64,000 nt of DNA from an uncultured Veillonellaceae bacterium (GTDB taxonomy: Bacteria > Bacillota > Negativicutes > JARBTT01): positions 544,001 through 608,000 of the forward strand of contig CAWDTA010000002.1 of NCBI GenBank assembly GCA_963805085.1. Direction: 5' to 3'. Under the pieces are notes generated by a model, which did not search any database, was not told where the DNA came from, and worked only from the letters and a program-made list of their open reading frames with translations. The translations under genes and the position numbers were made by a program. Shown piece by piece: positions 36,731 to 47,901 of the stretch. Positions within the stretch are counted from its first letter, which is position 1, and each line of letters opens with the position of its first letter.

Positions 36731-37080
36731 ACAAATTCCCCCCGGCTATTGTTTTTATACCAACTGCATTTTATAAAAAATACTGCCGCAATCGTTAATC
36801 TAAACAGGTATTGTCAATTACAAGCAATACTGCAGCGCGTAATGTTACGACAAATCCACATAATCAAATGTATATGTTTACCTTTCAAAAAATATAACTA
36901 AAACTAAGGAATTTTTTTTATGATTTTTATTATGTACTATTTTTTCATTATGAACTAATATTATGAGCTTTTTCGACTCGACTAAGTAGTCGGAAAATTC
37001 TAACACAGAATTTTCGAAATATTCTTAATTTTATCCGACTTTTTTCTACGAAAACCACTATAGAATAAAACAAGGCTAGC

Positions 37081-38130
37081 CTAAGCCGCCTTGTTTTTTA
37101 TTTGCCATCTTTTCAATGCATCCATATATTTATTTGTTAATTCTTCCATGCTTACACCATCTGCAGCGGCATCTTCCGGTGTAATGGTAATAATGGCCTG
37201 GTTATCATAATAAATTGTAATGTTCGTTCCATCGCTATCTAAAATATATTTACTACTAGAGTAATCTGACACTTTCGTAATATTGTATAAACTCCCAGCA
37301 GTTAGATAAGCACGATATAATGGACCTGTTTTTTCTTGTGCTACCTTTATTTCCGGAAGTGACCAGTCGCCATCGACAACTTTTGCAGCCTTATCAGTTT
37401 CAACCTCAACAACAGTAGGTCTGATATTATTATTAGCTAAATACTTCTTCGCCAGCTTTATTCTTTCCATAGCCTCGGGATGGTCAGAGAACAAATCATT
37501 TTTTTGCGAAGGATTTAGTTCGTATAGCTTTGTTAACCCCATCAACATACCATATTGGTTATACCCTGCTTTCACGGATAATTCATAACCCAATTGATCC
37601 GCTTCACGTTCATCACTTCTGCTATACCCGGCTGAAATAGCATTCAGTGCGACTGCCTGTAATTCAAACCCTTTGCCTCCAAGTGTCGCCCCCATTAGGA
37701 CTGCCATTCCTAAACTTTTTTCAAGTTGCCCCATCGAATGACGTTTTACGACATGCCCCACTTCATGACCGATAATTCCGGCTAATTCATCGTCCGTCGG
37801 CATTAAATCAATCAACCCTTTGTAAACATAAACAAAACCACCCGGTGCTGCCATTGCATTGACTTCATCAACATCAAGCACCTTAAAGCTATAGGGTAAG
37901 CCCTGTCTATCACAAACACCAACAATATTCATGCCAATTTTATTAATACGTTCTTGCAAAACAGGATCATCAACCAATTTGTATCGTTCTTCTATCTGTT
38001 TTGCGATTCCTTCACCCATTGAAATTTCCTGTTTTGTACTAATAATCCCAGCATGTGCAATTGGTAAGATGAAACAATTTATCAAAAATAGGTAAATTAT
38101 AATACCTGCTATTCGACTTATTTGTAACAA
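37081..38130 (-). CDS. M48 family metallopeptidase, exported
   Basis: NAMAAPGG, HEVGH, EREAD and SDHP motifs; signal peptide. Confidence 0.9.
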   Translation of the reverse strand: MLQISRIAGIIIYLFLINCFILPIAHAGIISTKQEISMGEGIAKQIEERYKLVDDPVLQERINKIGMNIVGVCDRQGLPYSFKVLDVDEVNAMAAPGGFVYVYKGLIDLMPTDDELAGIIGHEVGHVVKRHSMGQLEKSLGMAVLMGATLGGKGFELQAVALNAISAGYSRSDEREADQLGYELSVKAGYNQYGMLMGLTKLYELNPSQKNDLFSDHPEAMERIKLAKKYLANNNIRPTVVEVETDKAAKVVDGDWSLPEIKVAQEKTGPLYRAYLTAGSLYNITKVSDYSSSKYILDSDGTNITIYYDNQAIITITPEDAAADGVSMEELTNKYMDALKRWQIKNKAA

Positions 38131-38274
38131 TTGTGTTTCACCCTTCCTCTACTGATTATATTCCTCATAAAAACTTTTTTCCCTGCTAAAAAAACATAAG
38201 TTTTTACTTTCATTTATTTTTTTTTAAAAATAACTAAATTTTACGAAATATTACACTTTGTGCACCGTTTTCGT

Positions 38275-38892
38275 TTATCTTTGCACTAATGCTAAGCCAC
38301 GCGCAAATTTACTTTTATTGGACAATTTCAGTGGAAATTCTTTCATTAGTTTCTCACCAAATTCTATCAAGCTCTGTTCTTTTCCCTCTTTTAGCTCTAA
38401 CTCAACTTCCAAAATTGGAATATTATTGCTATTCCCCGTAATTACACCTTTATCCATCGCAACCTCAATTTTATTATCGCCAATTGTCATAATAACGACT
38501 TCACGCACAAAATCAGTTTGTACAATTGGGATAAGTTCCTTGGTGCTAAGTTCCCTTAGTATGTTTTGGTCGACTGTTGTTTTTGTGAAAACTTGAGGAT
38601 TTGCTTCGCCATTCTCTACCTTAATGTTCCATTCCGCACGCTTATGCATGCCATTGACAACGCAGCCGCCCCCTTTGATCGTTGCAACCCATTGGTCATT
38701 TTCCTTACGTACACGATAAGCTAAACGCGCTTTATGAAGAAGACCATCTATCGTATCAAAGTAATTGGCTGCGAGCAGTATTTTCTCATAGCCACTAGCC
38801 TCTGGCAGCATTTTTATCTTATTTACAAGTCCCGCCCAAGCTGTCTCATCTAAAACTTGTAACTTCAATTCTACTTCGCTATTTTCTTGCAT
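38275..38892 (-). CDS. CYTH domain protein
   Basis: EVELK, YFDT, EVELELK and SKFARG motifs. Confidence 0.9.
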   Translation of the reverse strand: MQENSEVELKLQVLDETAWAGLVNKIKMLPEASGYEKILLAANYFDTIDGLLHKARLAYRVRKENDQWVATIKGGGCVVNGMHKRAEWNIKVENGEANPQVFTKTTVDQNILRELSTKELIPIVQTDFVREVVIMTIGDNKIEVAMDKGVITGNSNNIPILEVELELKEGKEQSLIEFGEKLMKEFPLKLSNKSKFARGLALVQR

Positions 38893-39133
38893 AATAATCC
38901 CCCATTAAATTCTATATGCTGTCGTTTTACAACACTTATTTCGAATGAAATCTGCGATTGATAGAATCATTATAAATCTCTAGCTCTAAATATTTTAGCT
39001 AAAAATTTTTAATATCCTGCAATCTATATTTACTAATTTTATTATTTCTTTAAGTTTAAGGGACAACTATTACCTTTTATCTCTTTTTTGGATTTTGTGT
39101 ACAATATATTTATCATACAATAAAAAATTTTTA

Positions 39134-39207
39134 TTGCATTATTTATTTTGTCGATTTATAATAATGCTCATTAAAGGAATATTTCTTTTAATACTCCTTT
39201 AATGAGT
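39134..39207 (+). promoter_or_regulatory. Sigma-A promoter with downstream palindromic operator
   Basis: TTGCAT-17-TATAAT followed by TTAAAGGAAT-A-TTTCTTTTAA dyad nested in CTCATTAAAGGA...TCCTTTAATGAG. Confidence 0.6.
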
Positions 39208-39249
39208 TTAATTCGTGTATATAGCAAAAAACGTAAAGGAGATTTTTTT

Positions 39250-39303
39250 ATGGTTTTAACTGGTGCTTTAATTGCACTGCTTATTATGTTTAGTGCACGT
39301 TAA
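39250..39303 (+). CDS. 17-aa hydrophobic mini-ORF (leader peptide or deleted-permease remnant)
   Basis: AAAGGAG RBS; MVLTGALIALLIMFSAR*. Confidence 0.4.
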   Translation: MVLTGALIALLIMFSAR

Positions 39304-39341
39304 CATTTTAAATAAATCATTTACATAAAGGGGTCTTAATC

Positions 39342-40646
39342 ATGAATTTAGATATAAAAATTGCTGCACTTGCAAAAATACTTGAAGAAAAAACAACTAT
39401 CCGCCGTCGCGATTTTCATCGTCACCCTGAAACTGGCTGGACGGAGTTTAGAACTGCTTCTATTGTAATTGAAACTTTAATAGAACTTGGCTATGATGTG
39501 AAATTTGGCAATGACGTAATTGATGAAGCAAATATGATGGGAGTACCGAGTACAGAGATTCTTGAAGAAAACATGGCTCGCGCAATTACTCAAGGCGCAA
39601 GTCCTGATTTAGTTGCAAAAATGGCTGGTGGTAAGACTGGCGTTATCGGTACAATGGAATTCGCAAAACCAGGTCCAACCGTTGCACTTCGCTTTGATAT
39701 GGATTGTAATGATGTATTCGAAGCAACCGATGAAAAACATCGTCCAGCCAAAGAAGGGTTTGCTTCGATAAATCCCGGTTGTATGCACGCTTGTGGACAC
39801 GATGGCCATACTTCCGCCGGACTTGCAATTGCCGAAATTTTATCAATATTAAAAAACGAACTTGCAGGTACAATTAAATTTATTTTTCAACCTGCCGAAG
39901 AAGGTGTTCGCGGAGCAAAAGCCATGCTGGCAAAAGGTGCCGTTGATGATGTTGATTTTTTTCTTGCTGCACATCTCATGATGCCAAAAGTAGGTTACTT
40001 AGCTTATGATGTACAAGGCTTTCTTGCAACCAGTAAATTTGATGCAACATTTATTGGTGTACCCGCCCATGCTGGTGCAGCACCAGAGGTTGGTAGAAAT
40101 TCACTTCTAGCTGCTGCAACTGCCGCGATTAATTTGCAGGCAATCCCTCGTCATAGTGATGGTATTTCCCGCGTAAATGTCGGTGTACTAAACGCGGGCA
40201 CTGGTCGAAACGTCATTCCTGCCAATGCCGTCATCAAAGTAGAAACACGTGGAGCAACGAGCAAAATCAACGAATACATCTATGAATGTGCCGAAAAAAT
40301 CATTAAGGGCTCTGCGGCTATGTACGACAATAAGGTTACTATCAGGCAAATGGGTGGTGCCGCCAGCGGAAGCAACTCGCCAAAGCTTACCGAGACAATT
40401 GGCAATATTGCTGAGCGCATCGGGATTTTCAATCAATATGAAGCCTTGAATAATATCGGTGGTAGTGAAGATAGTTCTTACTTCATGGAAGAAGTCCAGA
40501 GAAATGACGGACAGGCCGCCTATATGGTTATTGGCGCTTCATTAACCGCAGTCAATCACAATCTCTACTTTGATTTTGATGAACATGCCTTAACTCTAGA
40601 ATCGCAGTTGATTGCAACGGTTACCAGCGATTTATTAACGAAATAA
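39342..40646 (+). CDS. M20D amidohydrolase (AbgA-like)
   Basis: HPETGWTE, RFDMD, MHACGHDGH, QPAEEG and GSED motifs. Confidence 0.9.
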   Translation: MNLDIKIAALAKILEEKTTIRRRDFHRHPETGWTEFRTASIVIETLIELGYDVKFGNDVIDEANMMGVPSTEILEENMARAITQGASPDLVAKMAGGKTGVIGTMEFAKPGPTVALRFDMDCNDVFEATDEKHRPAKEGFASINPGCMHACGHDGHTSAGLAIAEILSILKNELAGTIKFIFQPAEEGVRGAKAMLAKGAVDDVDFFLAAHLMMPKVGYLAYDVQGFLATSKFDATFIGVPAHAGAAPEVGRNSLLAAATAAINLQAIPRHSDGISRVNVGVLNAGTGRNVIPANAVIKVETRGATSKINEYIYECAEKIIKGSAAMYDNKVTIRQMGGAASGSNSPKLTETIGNIAERIGIFNQYEALNNIGGSEDSSYFMEEVQRNDGQAAYMVIGASLTAVNHNLYFDFDEHALTLESQLIATVTSDLLTK

Positions 40647-40774
40647 TTTTGATAATAAAGCTTATGTTAATACAAGTAATTTTTCTAACTACATTCAAAG
40701 TGATGCAATGTAAATAAAATGATTTTACTATAAAATAAGCAAATAGTTGCTAAACCTAATTAGCAACTGTTTGT

Positions 40775-42085
40775 TTATTTTAATTGATATTTTTTGGTTG
40801 GTCTGCCACGACTTGCAAATGCTTCTTCACCGATACAATCGACTAAACCTACCTCTAATAAACCTTTCATTATTCGCCTGACATTACGATCGGTGACTTC
40901 AAGCTGACCAGCAAGCGACGCGGACGTGAAATTTTCCCAATTCATTTTTCTAACAATCGCAACAATTTTTTGATATGTTTTAATTCCTACATTTGCGTCT
41001 GCTAATTGTTGTAGTAAATCTTTATCCTCGGTAGAGGCACTGTATCTCAATTCTTTTTCTTGCCCGACAGCTTCAATAATCCGCCCATCATCATCAATTA
41101 TCACGACACCTTTATTGCCGATGCTTTTTCCCTGATTGACGGCGCGGTACGCATTTAATTGCGCTGTGAACACGGTTGTCCCAAAGCCAATTCCCGCAAC
41201 AATATCTGTATCCAAGGCTACGCTAATCTCATCAATCGTATCTTGCAAAACAGAGACATGCTGCTCAAGTAAACCACGCGAACTAAAAATTTCATAGCGT
41301 CCATTGCCCTTTTCCGATAAATAGCCATTAATGCTTTGACTTAATTTAAGCAAGCGCTCTTTAATCCTGAGTTCTAACATTTGCAATTTATAAGAATCGC
41401 CAGCTTTTTCAATCGCTTTTTCAAAGTTACTTATTTCAATAATTTCTAAGCCAACTTGACTATTCTTAAAATACAAGCCATTTAGTTTTTCCATTAGTAC
41501 ATTTATCGCTTGACGGATCGAGGTGGTACTTGCCATCAAACGCCGCACCGGCAAATGGTACTTTTCCAAGGCCATATGCACGGCATGCAATGTAGTAACG
41601 ACCCCATCAATCTCACCTGACTGCCAACGGTGTACATGTTCTTGGACAATGGTTTCTAAATCAAATGGAATATCATATTCATAAAAATCGACCATTTTTT
41701 TTGCTACATTTAATTCTTCAACCGATTCCTTATTAGTAAAAATATCAGATTTTGGACAATCCATGGAAATTCGAATCGCTGTAGATTCTTTTTCACAGGC
41801 CATTTCCAAGATAACCTTAAATATTTCATTTCCAGTTATCCCACAAAAAACTGCATTCTCGCCTTTTCCCAAATACGTTTTTGCCACAGTATAGGGATTC
41901 GAGCCAGAAAAAATCCAGCCAGCTACTTTGTTTCTATTTTTTATTAAAATTTCGGGAATTTCGGCAATATCCTCATAAGGAAAAGCAATCCACTCGACTG
42001 TCTCCACCCCTGGCATCGCCTTAGCCACGTTGATAATCCGTTCAATCGGTCCTATGTATGAACTAATGACTCCAATTTTTTGCAC
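40775..42085 (-). CDS. Transcriptional regulator with C-terminal wHTH
   Basis: GIGFG motif; LAGQLEVTDRNVRRIM..GRP. Confidence 0.75.
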   Translation of the reverse strand: MQKIGVISSYIGPIERIINVAKAMPGVETVEWIAFPYEDIAEIPEILIKNRNKVAGWIFSGSNPYTVAKTYLGKGENAVFCGITGNEIFKVILEMACEKESTAIRISMDCPKSDIFTNKESVEELNVAKKMVDFYEYDIPFDLETIVQEHVHRWQSGEIDGVVTTLHAVHMALEKYHLPVRRLMASTTSIRQAINVLMEKLNGLYFKNSQVGLEIIEISNFEKAIEKAGDSYKLQMLELRIKERLLKLSQSINGYLSEKGNGRYEIFSSRGLLEQHVSVLQDTIDEISVALDTDIVAGIGFGTTVFTAQLNAYRAVNQGKSIGNKGVVIIDDDGRIIEAVGQEKELRYSASTEDKDLLQQLADANVGIKTYQKIVAIVRKMNWENFTSASLAGQLEVTDRNVRRIMKGLLEVGLVDCIGEEAFASRGRPTKKYQLK

Positions 42086-42137
42086 AACAATACTCCTTAA
42101 ACCCTAGGTGCTTTGACAAAAACAGAACTTCACCTAT

Positions 42138-42656
42138 CTATTTCTCCGCAAAGTACTCGCGATCTAATATTCCTAATATAACTAAAGATTCGTACTCGCC
42201 CGTTTTACTGAGAATGGTTTCTCTAATTAGGCCTTCTCTAACAAAGCCTTCCGATTCATAAAGATGAAGGGCCCTAGCATTGTGCTCTTTACAATCCAGC
42301 CAGCCTCGATGGAATTTCAAATCATCAAAGGCCCAAGATTTCAACATTTTCAAAGCTTCTCTACCATACCCTTGTCCCTTGACATCCATAATAATACGCG
42401 TAAATTCGATTTCTTTAAATGGATTATCTAAACCTGCAATCATCAAAAAGCCAATCTTTTCTTTTCCATCTATTGTTTCTACGATTAAATGAATGGCATT
42501 CTTGGTATTTAGTGTTTCTCTATGCTGCTCAATTGGATATGGAATGACAAACTGCGCATTTTCCTGTGTAAATTCCACCTTCATAATATAGTTTAAATCT
42601 GCTTCCGTCGCCTGCCGAAATCTAAGCCTACCAAACTTTTTAACGATATCACTCAT
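42138..42656 (-). CDS. GNAT (RimJ/RimL-like) acetyltransferase
   Basis: KGQGYG and NARALHLYESEGF motifs. Confidence 0.9.
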   Translation of the reverse strand: MSDIVKKFGRLRFRQATEADLNYIMKVEFTQENAQFVIPYPIEQHRETLNTKNAIHLIVETIDGKEKIGFLMIAGLDNPFKEIEFTRIIMDVKGQGYGREALKMLKSWAFDDLKFHRGWLDCKEHNARALHLYESEGFVREGLIRETILSKTGEYESLVILGILDREYFAEK

Positions 42657-42869
42657 GTTACTACCTCTTCTCTAAAGGATTTAGGGACACTTCTTTTCAG
42701 CCTAACACTCCTTTATGTTCTCTATGTTTAGTCTATTTTGACTAAAAATATAAAAATCCTGCTATATTCCCCCCCATATTTTTCTTCTTTTTCTATAATT
42801 TTTTTCGCTCAGCAAATCTATTTTGTAGTATAATCATTAAGTGTAAAATATCGTTATGGAGGATATACT

Positions 42870-43934
42870 TTGCTTAATTATTTTAATATGCATTGGGTTG
42901 CAGCACTTGAGCTTTTATGGGTACCTTTTTGTATTCAACTCGTTGCTTTCGTTATTGGACTATTACTCAATCGACTCATCAACAAAAGTCTACACAGCAA
43001 GCTTGATAACAATCCTGAAACCTTCTCGTATTTATTTACCAACGCCGTTAGAGGGTTACCAATCGCTTGGTGCTCTGGTATTGGTTTGTACTTAACGATC
43101 ACTACGATTAATATGCCATCACGTTTACAGGATTTTCTATCGAACATCTTACTCAGTGTTATCTTGTTTACGATTACACGCGTAATTGCTCGTACCTTGG
43201 TGGGCATGATTGACATGCATACGCAAAAAAGCGATAGTAATCTACCAAAGACTTCGCTACTTACCAATATCGTCAACATTGCAATTTATGCGATTGGTAT
43301 TCTCATCATCTTGCAATCTTATGGCATCTCCATCACTCCGATTATTACAGCACTCGGGGTCGGTGGTATGGCTGTGGCTCTTGGTTTGCAAGAAACACTT
43401 ACCAATATATTTTCTGGCTTACATTTGATCTTATCTAAGCAAATTCGTTTGGGCGATTTTATCAAACTAAGTTCTGGCGAGGAAGGCTGTGTCACTGACA
43501 TTACTTGGCGGTTTACGACGATACAATCAACCTCTAAAAATGTGATCGTTGTCCCAAATCAAAAGATTGCTTCGTCTATTTTAACCAATTATAATATGCC
43601 GAAACAGGAAATCTCAATTTCTATTCCTGTTGGCGTGAGCTATGATAGCGATTTAGACCAAGTAGAACTTGTGACACTAGAGGTGGCCAATGAAGTCATG
43701 CAAAAATTCGATGGCGGATTAGAATCTAAGCCATCTGTTAGTTTTCATACCTTTGCCGAATCTAGTATCAAATTTAATGTAACACTCCATTCTAGTCAAT
43801 TCTTAAACCAATATCCACTAAAACATGAATTTATCAAAGCCTTAACCAGACGCTATCGTGAAGAAGGCATTGAAATTCCTTATCCAATTTATAACATAGT
43901 CACAAAATACCGAGAAAACAGTTCTAATTCATAG
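42870..43934 (+). CDS. MscS family mechanosensitive channel
   Basis: LGVGGMAVALGLQ, GD.I and VPN motifs. Confidence 0.92.
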   Translation: MLNYFNMHWVAALELLWVPFCIQLVAFVIGLLLNRLINKSLHSKLDNNPETFSYLFTNAVRGLPIAWCSGIGLYLTITTINMPSRLQDFLSNILLSVILFTITRVIARTLVGMIDMHTQKSDSNLPKTSLLTNIVNIAIYAIGILIILQSYGISITPIITALGVGGMAVALGLQETLTNIFSGLHLILSKQIRLGDFIKLSSGEEGCVTDITWRFTTIQSTSKNVIVVPNQKIASSILTNYNMPKQEISISIPVGVSYDSDLDQVELVTLEVANEVMQKFDGGLESKPSVSFHTFAESSIKFNVTLHSSQFLNQYPLKHEFIKALTRRYREEGIEIPYPIYNIVTKYRENSSNS

Positions 43935-44090
43935 GATAAAAGAACTACTGTAATTCTTTCAGTAGTTCTTTTACTGCCCATACAAGTAACTTATAAATAA
44001 AATTGAAAATACTATGAAAAATAAATATTTTATTTAATAAAAAGCAGTTACTTTCCCACTTTTTCACGGTTTGTGCAATTCCACAATAAA

Positions 44091-44140
44091 ATACTATATC
44101 TTGTGTCCTATTGACTATTGCGAAGCATATATAGTACAAT
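44091..44140 (+). promoter_or_regulatory. Tandem NrdR boxes overlapping the nrdD promoter
   Basis: ATACTATATCTTGTGT (44091) and GAAGCATATATAGTAC (44122), 31 bp apart; TTGACT-18-TACAAT. Confidence 0.8.
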
Positions 44141-44207
44141 TTTTGAGAAGTTCTTTTTGGGAACGAGGAAAATGACAGAAAAAAAATATAGAAAAGAAGA
44201 TGTGAAT

Positions 44208-46547
44208 ATGATTGAAAATATAAAAAAACGTAATGGTGATATTGTTGCTTTCGATGTCGATAAAATCAAAGAGGCGATTCATAAAGCTAATCTAGAATCA
44301 ACGGATGATACGATGACCCCAAAAGAGTTAACAATCCTAGCTAATAAAGTCGTGAAAACTTTTGACCAATCAGCTACTCCTACTGTAGAACAAATTCAAG
44401 ATATTGTTGAAAAGACTTTGATTGTATCGAATTGTGCCAGCACAGCAAAAGCCTACATACTATATCGCGCTGAGCATGCAAAAATTCGTCAATCGGAAGT
44501 TGATTTAATGGATATTTACAATGAATTAACCTTCCAGAATGCCAAGGATGCTGATATCAAACGTGAAAATGCCAACATTGATGCCGATACCGCGATGGGC
44601 ACGATGCTAAAATACGGTTCTGAAGGTTCAAAATATTTTATTGACCATTATATTTTGCCAAAAGATATTGCCGCAGCCCATATCAATGGGGATATTCATA
44701 TCCATGATAAAGACTTCTATATGTTAACAGAGACTTGTTGCCAAATCGATTTATTGAAATTATTCAAAGGCGGTTTCTCCACTGGTCATGGTTACTTACG
44801 TGAACCAAACAGTATCCAAAGTTATTCCGCTTTAGCTTGTATCGCTATTCAAGCGAATCAAAATGAAATGCATGGTGGGCAGGCCGTTCCTAACTTTGAT
44901 TACTCACTAGCACCCGGTATTGCCAAAACATTCAAAAGAGAATATTTCAAAGCTCTAGTAAACTACTTTGTAATTCGTTTTGATATGCCAAAAGCTGATG
45001 CGATTGCTTTAGCAAAAACGATTGCTACTGATCTTCCTATGACAATTTCCATGAGCAATGTCCAGAAATATGGCAATGCGTTGACAGATTACTTACCTAA
45101 GCATCAACAAGAAAATGGCTTCCAAGCAATCAGCGCCGAGCAAACGAAAATGGCACATGCCTATACCGTTGAAACTGCGACTAGCGAAACAGATCGCTCT
45201 ACCTATCAAGCAATGGAAGCATTTATCCATAATTTAAATACCATGAATTCCCGTGCCGGAGCGCAAGTACCGTTTAGCTCGATCAACTACGGTACTGATA
45301 CTTCCCCAGAAGCGAGAATGTTAATCAAAAATCTTTTACTTGCAACCGAAGCCGGACTTGGCGGTGGCGAAACACCGATTTTCCCCGTACAAATTTTTAA
45401 AGTAAAAGAAGGTATAAACTATAATGAAGGTGAGCCAAACTATGATTTATTTAAATTGGCAATGCACACTTCAGCAAAACGTCTATTTCCTAACTTTAGT
45501 TTTATTGATGCGCCATTCAATATTCAATATTACAAGGAAGGTGACTACGACACTGAGGTCGCCTACATGGGTTGTCGTACCCGCGTAATGGGGAATGTTC
45601 ATGACTCTGAGCATGAAACAACTTGCGGTAGAGGTAATTTGAGTTTCACAACGATCAACTTACCTCGTTTAGCGATTGAAGCCAAAGGTGATATTAGCAA
45701 GTTCTACGAAGGTCTTGATCAGTTTATTGAACTCGTTATTCGCCAGCTCTTGCATCGTTTCAAAATCCAATGCACGAAAAAAGGACGCAATTATCCTTTC
45801 TTAATGGGGCAAAATATTTGGATTAACTCGGATCACATCGGTCCCGATGATAGCATCGCTGAAATTTTAAAACATGGTAGTTTAAGTATGGGCTTCATCG
45901 GTCTTGCCGAAACATTAAAAGCTTTGACTGGCAAACATCATGGCGAAAGTGAAGAAAGTCAAAAACTAGGTCTTGAAATTATCGGTTACATGCGTAAGCG
46001 CATGGATGACGAAGCGGAAAAAACCGGTTTAAATTTCTCCTTATTGGCAACACCTGCGGAAGGGTTAAGTGGTAGATTCGTAAAAATCGACCAAAAGCTC
46101 TACGGTACTATTCCTGGTGTAACAGACCGCGATTACTATACAAATTCCTTCCATGTCCCAGTATACTTTCCAATCAAAGCACATAAGAAGATAGCAATCG
46201 AAGCACCCTATCATAATTTTACAAATGCTGGTCATATCAGCTATGTTGAACTTGATGGTGATACTTGCAAAAACTTAGACGCCTTTGAATCCATCATTCG
46301 TTGTATGAAAGAACAAGGTATCGGGTATGGATCTGTTAACCACCCTGTTGATCGTGATCCAATTTGCGGCTTTAATGGTATAATCGATAACGAATGTCCA
46401 AAATGCCATCGCAGCGAAGAGATTGACGAGCCAAAATTTGAACGTATTCGTAGAATCACTGGTTATCTTGTTGGAACAACAGATCGTTGGAACAACGCCA
46501 AACGTGCAGAAGAAAAGGATAGAGTAAAACATGGCTTACAAGCTTAA
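44208..46547 (+). CDS. nrdD: Anaerobic ribonucleoside-triphosphate reductase
   Basis: ATP cone IKKRNG, IHIHD, TCC, MGCRT, TPAEG, YTNS and RITGYL motifs. Confidence 0.96.
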   Translation: MIENIKKRNGDIVAFDVDKIKEAIHKANLESTDDTMTPKELTILANKVVKTFDQSATPTVEQIQDIVEKTLIVSNCASTAKAYILYRAEHAKIRQSEVDLMDIYNELTFQNAKDADIKRENANIDADTAMGTMLKYGSEGSKYFIDHYILPKDIAAAHINGDIHIHDKDFYMLTETCCQIDLLKLFKGGFSTGHGYLREPNSIQSYSALACIAIQANQNEMHGGQAVPNFDYSLAPGIAKTFKREYFKALVNYFVIRFDMPKADAIALAKTIATDLPMTISMSNVQKYGNALTDYLPKHQQENGFQAISAEQTKMAHAYTVETATSETDRSTYQAMEAFIHNLNTMNSRAGAQVPFSSINYGTDTSPEARMLIKNLLLATEAGLGGGETPIFPVQIFKVKEGINYNEGEPNYDLFKLAMHTSAKRLFPNFSFIDAPFNIQYYKEGDYDTEVAYMGCRTRVMGNVHDSEHETTCGRGNLSFTTINLPRLAIEAKGDISKFYEGLDQFIELVIRQLLHRFKIQCTKKGRNYPFLMGQNIWINSDHIGPDDSIAEILKHGSLSMGFIGLAETLKALTGKHHGESEESQKLGLEIIGYMRKRMDDEAEKTGLNFSLLATPAEGLSGRFVKIDQKLYGTIPGVTDRDYYTNSFHVPVYFPIKAHKKIAIEAPYHNFTNAGHISYVELDGDTCKNLDAFESIIRCMKEQGIGYGSVNHPVDRDPICGFNGIIDNECPKCHRSEEIDEPKFERIRRITGYLVGTTDRWNNAKRAEEKDRVKHGLQA

Positions 46548-47037
46548 AATATCTGGCACCGTCGATGAATCAATCGTCGACGGTCAAGGTATCCGTTATA
46601 CAATTTTCACCCAAGGGTGCCCACATAGGTGCGAAGGTTGTCACAATCCCCACACCCATGATTTTCAGGCGGGAAAAGAAGTCGATATTCATGACCTTTT
46701 TACAGAGATTTGTGAAAATCCACTGTTAAAAGGCGTTACCTTTAGTGGTGGTGAACCTTTTTGCCAGCCAGAACCATTAATTGCATTGGCAAAACTAATC
46801 CACGCCCATAAACTAGATATCACAACCTATACTGGCTATACGTTAGAAGAATTACAGGCTACCGCCAATCCTCTCATTGACGAATTACTAGAGCAAACCG
46901 ATGTTCTCATCGATGGAAAATTCGTCAATGCAGAGCGCGATCTTACGTTAACCTTTCGTGGCAGCAGCAACCAACGCGTGATTGATATGAATGCCACGCG
47001 TAAAACAGGTATAATCACTCCGCTTGAACTAGCATAA
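46531..47037 (+). CDS. nrdG: Anaerobic RNR activating radical SAM protein
   Basis: CPHRCEGCHN and FRGSSNQR motifs. Confidence 0.96.
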   Translation: MAYKLKISGTVDESIVDGQGIRYTIFTQGCPHRCEGCHNPHTHDFQAGKEVDIHDLFTEICENPLLKGVTFSGGEPFCQPEPLIALAKLIHAHKLDITTYTGYTLEELQATANPLIDELLEQTDVLIDGKFVNAERDLTLTFRGSSNQRVIDMNATRKTGIITPLELA

Positions 47038-47134
47038 TACATTTACATTTGCATACTTCACAATAAAAACAGCGAACCTCAAAGGTTCGCTGTTTTTATT
47101 GTAGACAATTTATGTCGTTGAACAGAAAATAAAA

Positions 47135-47276
47135 AAATCCGTTCCACTTGTAAACTAGTACGAAGATAGGTTGCTGGTTGGTGAGAAGTGCTCAGCTGCA
47201 AGGCGCAGTACCTTACTGTAACGCCGCAGATGAGTGCTTATCGCCGCCCCGCGGCCTATCTGTCCATAGTTTGTAT
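47135..47276. repeat. Dispersed structured repeat (MITE-like), longer copy
   Basis: Terminal TAAACTA...TAGTTTG inversion; internal CTCAGCTGCAAGGCG...CGCCGCAGATGAG stems; homologous to 21698-21805. Confidence 0.75.
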
Positions 47277-47282
47277 AAACGC

Positions 47283-47708
47283 TTATTTCACTACCATGAC
47301 TGGGCATTTTGCTTGCTCAACCAAGTGTTGGCTTACACTGCCAAGTAATACACCTTTTACAACGCCAAGGCCACGACTGCCCATAACAATCAAATCACTG
47401 TTCTCATTCGCCGCAACATCTAAGATAACAACAGCTGGTGATCCAGTTTCTGAAAAACCTTCGGCTTTAATATTTGCTGGAACTTTCTCCAGTGCTCGAT
47501 CTAATATTACATTACCAGCTTTCGTTACCGCTTCTAAAATGGCATCAGAGAGGCAAGCATTAATCGCTAATTGATTGATATTTGCTACGTAAATAAAACC
47601 AATTTTCGCATCACAAATTCCCGCTAAATAAATCGCTTGATCAATAGCTCTATCAGAACTATCCGAACCATCTACTGGTACCAAAATACGTTTAAATTCT
47701 GTCATCAT
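47283..47708 (-). CDS. Universal stress protein
   Basis: ILVPVDGS, GSRG..LLGSVS and CPV motifs. Confidence 0.93.
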   Translation of the reverse strand: MMTEFKRILVPVDGSDSSDRAIDQAIYLAGICDAKIGFIYVANINQLAINACLSDAILEAVTKAGNVILDRALEKVPANIKAEGFSETGSPAVVILDVAANENSDLIVMGSRGLGVVKGVLLGSVSQHLVEQAKCPVMVVK

Positions 47709-47901
47709 AAAAGCCCCCTATTTGTCTATATATTGAAATTAACAAAATACCTTCATCTACCATACCAGGCATTTTGTATCTTCCTTGAAAATTGATCAAT
47801 ACGAGTTATCTCTATCATAGCACTTTTCTGTCATTCCTGCCAAACTACATTTTTCAGTTCATCTATAACTGCGCAACAAGCGATAAACATAACGGTTGGT
47901 A

